From Bradymonadia bacterium (lineage in GTDB: Bacteria > Myxococcota_A > Bradymonadia > UBA7976 > UBA1532), in NCBI GenBank assembly GCA_046290225.1, contig JBKAGE010000037.1, forward strand, positions 349,449 to 413,448: 64,000 nt of DNA, in the 5' to 3' direction. Positions 60,143 to 64,000 of this stretch are shown piece after piece (the first letter of the stretch is position 1; each line of letters opens with the position of its first letter). The notes under the pieces are model-generated. The model saw only the letters and a list, made by a program, of their open reading frames with translations. It made no database searches and had not been told where the DNA came from. A program made the translations under genes and the position numbers.

Positions 60143-61138
60143 TCAGGGGCACATGCAGATCACCCCGAGCAGAGGTTCTGCCGCGCACGCCTCGGTGTTT
60201 ACTTGCTGACAGCTCGCCTGAGCCTGACCCTCGAAGAGGGCCGGGTCAGCCTGACACGACTCCATGCAGGTCCCGGAGATCTGGCCGCCAAAGGAGGCCA
60301 GGGTGTTGGCATCGCAAATCTCACCGAGGCACACCGTGAGCGCCTCACAGGCGGCATTGCAGTCCACCGCCGGGGGATCCGGGTCTGGCTGAGGGTCAGG
60401 ATCGGGCTGAGGGCCAGGATCAGGCTGCGGATCAGGATCAGGCTGCGGATCAGGCTCAGGCTGGCCGCCGGGGTTCCACGGCGGACAACCACACGCCTCA
60501 CCAATCTCCGGGATAGACGCGCAGAGCCCCGGCTGCATCTCCCGGCAGCGCAGGTCCTCCACGTCGTCCGGATCCGCAAGCCCCGGCTGCCGGCGACAGT
60601 GCAACACACACTCATCTATCGCATCGGCGTCGAAGCGAGACGCCATGGCCGGATCGCAGATGTCGTGCAGGCACTCGGCCATCTCCTCACAGGCTTTGAT
60701 GCACTCTCGCAGGGAGTTCCGCTCTGGAGGCGTGCAGTCGAGATCGTCAATGACACCACAAAGCATCTGCATCAGATACTCGGGCTCCGGTGGAGGCGGT
60801 GGCGGGTCCATCTCGGGGGGGTCCATCTCTGGAGGATCTTCCCCACCCTGCCCGGGTGGATCCATCTCCGGGGGATCAGCCTCTGGCGGCTCGTCTTCTG
60901 GTGGATCCATCTCTGGCGGATCCATCTCAGGCGGATCCATCTCTGGCGGTGGCTGCTGTGGAGGTTGCTCCGCCTCTTCGTCATTCCCCGGAGGTGCTTG
61001 AGGCGATGGCGGGTCCGACTCGCCACCCGAAGGCAGGTTGATCACCTGCCCTGCCCCGGCGTCGCTGCCACCAGACTCGGCCAAATCACATCCGGCCGCC
61101 AGGGCACACACCATCAACACACGCCAGTCCAGCTTCAT
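60143..61138 (-). CDS. Cys-rich lipoprotein with PPEMD and PDPQ repeat linkers
   Basis: ATG 61138 after AGGAG; AAG-C lipobox; two related CxxACExxxxCLxxIC domains. Confidence 0.75.
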   Translation of the reverse strand: MKLDWRVLMVCALAAGCDLAESGGSDAGAGQVINLPSGGESDPPSPQAPPGNDEEAEQPPQQPPPEMDPPEMDPPEMDPPEDEPPEADPPEMDPPGQGGEDPPEMDPPEMDPPPPPPEPEYLMQMLCGVIDDLDCTPPERNSLRECIKACEEMAECLHDICDPAMASRFDADAIDECVLHCRRQPGLADPDDVEDLRCREMQPGLCASIPEIGEACGCPPWNPGGQPEPDPQPDPDPQPDPGPQPDPDPQPDPDPPAVDCNAACEALTVCLGEICDANTLASFGGQISGTCMESCQADPALFEGQAQASCQQVNTEACAAEPLLGVICMCP

Positions 61139-61303
61139 CGCCACTCCTCCTGTCTCGACGCAGCGCGTACATACGGGAGCAAGTCCCGGACCAGGGCACC
61201 GAATGTCCGAGATGGGCAAGATCTGGTGGCAAACCGAGACCCATTTGACACACCCCCAGCAGTGGCGTGCTCTTCGAGTCTCAGACCAGTGAGCCCCAGC
61301 GAC

Positions 61304-61798
61304 TCACTCGCTGTCGAGCCACGCCCCTGCGCGAATCGCAGCGTCGTCGAGGGCACCCTGCAGCGTACGAAAGTGCCAGTGCGCCTGAGGCTCTGGCGCG
61401 CCCCAGAGCGCCAGCAAGGCATCGCGATTGTGCTCCGCGCTCACGATGATCACCGGAAAGCTGCCTTCATCATCAGGCGCCTCTTCAGCGTCATCAGTGC
61501 CCATGTAACGATGAATGCCCTGAATCACGCCCAGCAGGGCGTTGCCCCAGGGGAACACCAGCTTCTGGAGATCGAGCACCAGGGCACAGGGTGACCACCG
61601 GGCGAGACCAGCAAGGGCATGGGCCTCGATGAAGGCTGCGTCGGGGTTGCCTTCGGTGCCGCTTCGGTACTCGCCCTCGATCTCGAGCACCAGGACCATC
61701 GGGTGGGCGGGATCATCATCACGTCGCACGGCGTAACGACACGTGAGCGGGCTGTGGGCGTTCAAATCGAGGGAGCGGAGATTTACGGGATCCGACAT
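61304..61798 (-). CDS. Hypothetical protein (weakly STAS-like)
   Basis: 164 aa with GGAGG RBS; LVLDLQKLVF. Confidence 0.55.
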   Translation of the reverse strand: MSDPVNLRSLDLNAHSPLTCRYAVRRDDDPAHPMVLVLEIEGEYRSGTEGNPDAAFIEAHALAGLARWSPCALVLDLQKLVFPWGNALLGVIQGIHRYMGTDDAEEAPDDEGSFPVIIVSAEHNRDALLALWGAPEPQAHWHFRTLQGALDDAAIRAGAWLDSE

Positions 61799-61833
61799 GG
61801 TGCCTCCGTCGGGGCTTCGATAGACTGGCCGCG

Positions 61834-62820
61834 ATGATTCGAGTCCGCGACCTCACCAAGGTGTACCGGGTCCCCGAGAAAGATCCGGGGCTGAGGGGAG
61901 CGCTGCGCTCGCTCTTCAACCGGCGATACAAAGAAGTCCGAGCGGTCGATGGGGTCGCCTTCGAGATCGAACCCGGTGAGCGAGTGGCCTTCCTGGGGCC
62001 CAACGGCGCGGGCAAGACCACCACCCTGAAAATGCTCACGGGCTTGCTGGCGCCCACCGCCGGGCACATCGAGGTCCTCGGCCTCGACCCTAGAGGGCGC
62101 CCGGTGAAGCTGCTGCACCAGATCACCCTGGTCATGGGTCAGAAGCAACAGCTGCTCTGGGATCTGCCCCCCCGGGACACCTTCGATCTAAACCGCGCCC
62201 TCTTCAACATTCCTCAAAACGAGTACGACGAGACCCTCGGCGAGCTGCGCGAGCTGCTCGCCCTCGACGAGGTGATGGATCGCCCCGTACGCAACCTGTC
62301 GCTGGGGCAGCGTATGAAGTGCGAGCTGGCGGCGGCGCTGCTGCACCGACCCAAGGTGTTGTTCCTCGACGAGCCCACCATCGGCCTCGACGTGGTGATG
62401 CAGGCCCAGGTGCGCCGCTTCATCGCCGCCTGGAACGCGCGCTTCGACGCCACGGTGATGCTCACCAGCCACGACATGGACGACATCGCCGCCTTGTGCC
62501 CCCGGGTGATCCTGATCGACGCGGGCAAAGTGCGCTACGACGGCCCCCTTGAAGATCTGGTCCGACAACACGCCCCCAGACGTCGAGTGGTCCTCCAGCT
62601 CGAGGCGCCTCTCGACGCCGAGGCCCTGGGCACGCTCACCGAGCAAGACAGCGCGCTCCGACACCTCGAGCACGAGGGCGCCTGGCGCCTGGAGGCCGAT
62701 GTGGCCCCGGAGCACGTCGGCGAGACGGTTCAGCACGCCCTCGCCATGGCCCCTCACGGCCACCTCACCATCGAAGATCCACCCCTGGAGGCGGTCTTCG
62801 CCGAGCTGTTCGGTGAGTAG
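61834..62820 (+). CDS. ABC-2 type transporter ATP-binding protein
   Basis: GPNGAGKTT, MGQKQQL.WDL, LSLGQRMKCELAAALLH, FLDEPTIGLD, TSHDM. Confidence 0.93.
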   Translation: MIRVRDLTKVYRVPEKDPGLRGALRSLFNRRYKEVRAVDGVAFEIEPGERVAFLGPNGAGKTTTLKMLTGLLAPTAGHIEVLGLDPRGRPVKLLHQITLVMGQKQQLLWDLPPRDTFDLNRALFNIPQNEYDETLGELRELLALDEVMDRPVRNLSLGQRMKCELAAALLHRPKVLFLDEPTIGLDVVMQAQVRRFIAAWNARFDATVMLTSHDMDDIAALCPRVILIDAGKVRYDGPLEDLVRQHAPRRRVVLQLEAPLDAEALGTLTEQDSALRHLEHEGAWRLEADVAPEHVGETVQHALAMAPHGHLTIEDPPLEAVFAELFGE

Positions 62821-63646
62821 TCGCCTGCCCCTGACTGATCTGCGCCGAGCGGTCCGAGCAGGGCCGGCGATGTTTCGCGTGGGCATCTCCGAAGCCCTGG
62901 CCTATCGGGCGGAGTTCATCATCTGGGTGCTCACGGCCACCCTGCCCCTGGTGATGCTGGCCCTCTGGGACGCGGTGGCCCGAGGTGGCCCCATCGGCCC
63001 GGGCGACGGCTACGGTCGGGCAGAGTTCGCCCGCTACTTCACGGTGACCCTCATCGCCCGACAGTTCACCGCGAGCTGGGTGGTCTGGTCCCTCAACGAG
63101 CAGATCCGCACTGGCGCCCTGAGCCCCCACCTTCTTCGCCCTGTAGGCCCGGTGTGGCTGCACGCAGCCCGCAACATCGCCGCCATGCCGCTGCGAGCGG
63201 TGGTCCTGCTGCCCCTGGTCACCCTGCTGTGGTGGTGGCAACCCGAAATGAGCCTGCCCACCGATCCCCTGCGCTGGCTGGCCTTCTCGGTCACGGTGAC
63301 CTTCGCCTGGGTGATGGGCTTCATGGTGCAAACCTTCTTCGGTCTGCTGGCCTTCTGGTTTGATCAGTCGGTGGGGCTCTACTACGTGTGGTTCGGGCTG
63401 TTCTCGCTCATGGGGGGTTATCTGATCCCCATCGATCTGCTCCCAGAAAGCATGCAGCTGCTGGCCCACTGGCTGCCCTTCCGCTCGATGCTGGGCCTGC
63501 CCGTCGAGGTGGGGGCGGGGCTGCTGCCCTGGAGTCAGCTGTGGGTAGACATGGCCATTCAGCTGGGCTGGCTCGTCATCTTCAGTGTGGGGGTGTGGTG
63601 GGCGTGGGGGAGAGGGTTGAGGCGTTATGGGGCATTTGGAGCATGA
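62813..63646 (+). CDS. ABC-2 family permease (DUF990-like)
   Basis: GTG 62813; LAYRAEF, IRTGALS..LLRP, GYLIPIDLLP, WLPF, RYGAFGA end. Confidence 0.85.
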   Translation: MSSRLPLTDLRRAVRAGPAMFRVGISEALAYRAEFIIWVLTATLPLVMLALWDAVARGGPIGPGDGYGRAEFARYFTVTLIARQFTASWVVWSLNEQIRTGALSPHLLRPVGPVWLHAARNIAAMPLRAVVLLPLVTLLWWWQPEMSLPTDPLRWLAFSVTVTFAWVMGFMVQTFFGLLAFWFDQSVGLYYVWFGLFSLMGGYLIPIDLLPESMQLLAHWLPFRSMLGLPVEVGAGLLPWSQLWVDMAIQLGWLVIFSVGVWWAWGRGLRRYGAFGA

Positions 63647-63660
63647 AAAAGAGAGTTTTT

Positions 63661-63931
63661 CGGGCACGGGCACGGGCACGGGCACGGGCACGAGTTGATA
63701 CATATGCGGACCCGTGGGCCTGCATGAATTCAGGGCGATGGCTGCGACTGAGGCTGAGATGATGCGTTCCAGATCGACCTGAGAGTTCAGGTCTTGGGGT
63801 GTATGGAGGCCAAAACCTCCAATGAGAGACATATGGGACCCAGTGGAGCCTCCACCATCACAAACCTACGAGCGGAGCCATTCAGGGCCACGGGTCCAGA
63901 GCCGAATCAACTCGTGCCCGTGCCCGTGCCC
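63661..63931. repeat. (CGGGCA)n tandem hexamer forming the ends of a ~270-bp inverted-repeat element
   Basis: (CGGGCA)5-CGAGTTGAT at 63661-63699; ATCAACTCG-(TGCCCG)2-TGCCC at 63906-63931. Confidence 0.8.
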
Positions 63932-64000
63932 TGTACCAATTGGATTGTCGCTTTGGATCTTGATGCGAGGCATCTGAGAACACCACCCGTACCCAGTACA

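Overview
GC-rich bacterial chromosomal window, most likely Myxococcota or a close relative (a MYXO-CTERM sorting signal, many Cys-rich lipoproteins with acidic/Gly linkers). About 45 genes; no rRNA, tRNA, CRISPR-cas, integrase or transposase was recognised. Contents in order: a CapA-like gene and glycan-related genes around a small island (addiction-module TA pair, a PG-binding/CHAP gene split by an in-frame TAG, an FGE-fold protein); a 1424-aa glycosyltransferase/methyltransferase fusion; MarR plus a dihaem lipoprotein and a dihaem Cyc2-like cytochrome-porin fusion; a translationally coupled five-gene radical SAM/SPASM operon with a small 'KIKFGYNPNSSS' protein; a kinase/pseudokinase pair; an ECF sigma/anti-sigma pair; a PNGase F-like lipoprotein facing three paralogous lipoproteins; c-di-GMP signalling genes; a caspase-like-PDZ-thioredoxin fusion; an acyl-CoA dehydrogenase with FadR(YsiA)-like boxes; a 2303-aa MYXO-CTERM surface protein; an MlaF-MlaE fusion with an MCE-C2 lipoprotein; and an ABC-2 transporter. 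The best candidates for undescribed systems are (i) a 411-bp mirror-symmetric non-coding array of 12-bp repeats with variable hairpin spacers (24266-24676), (ii) the rSAM/SPASM + NPNSSS operon, (iii) the MlaFE + MCE-C2 system and (iv) the dihaem cytochrome-porin module. All family calls come from motif recognition by eye; no searches were run.
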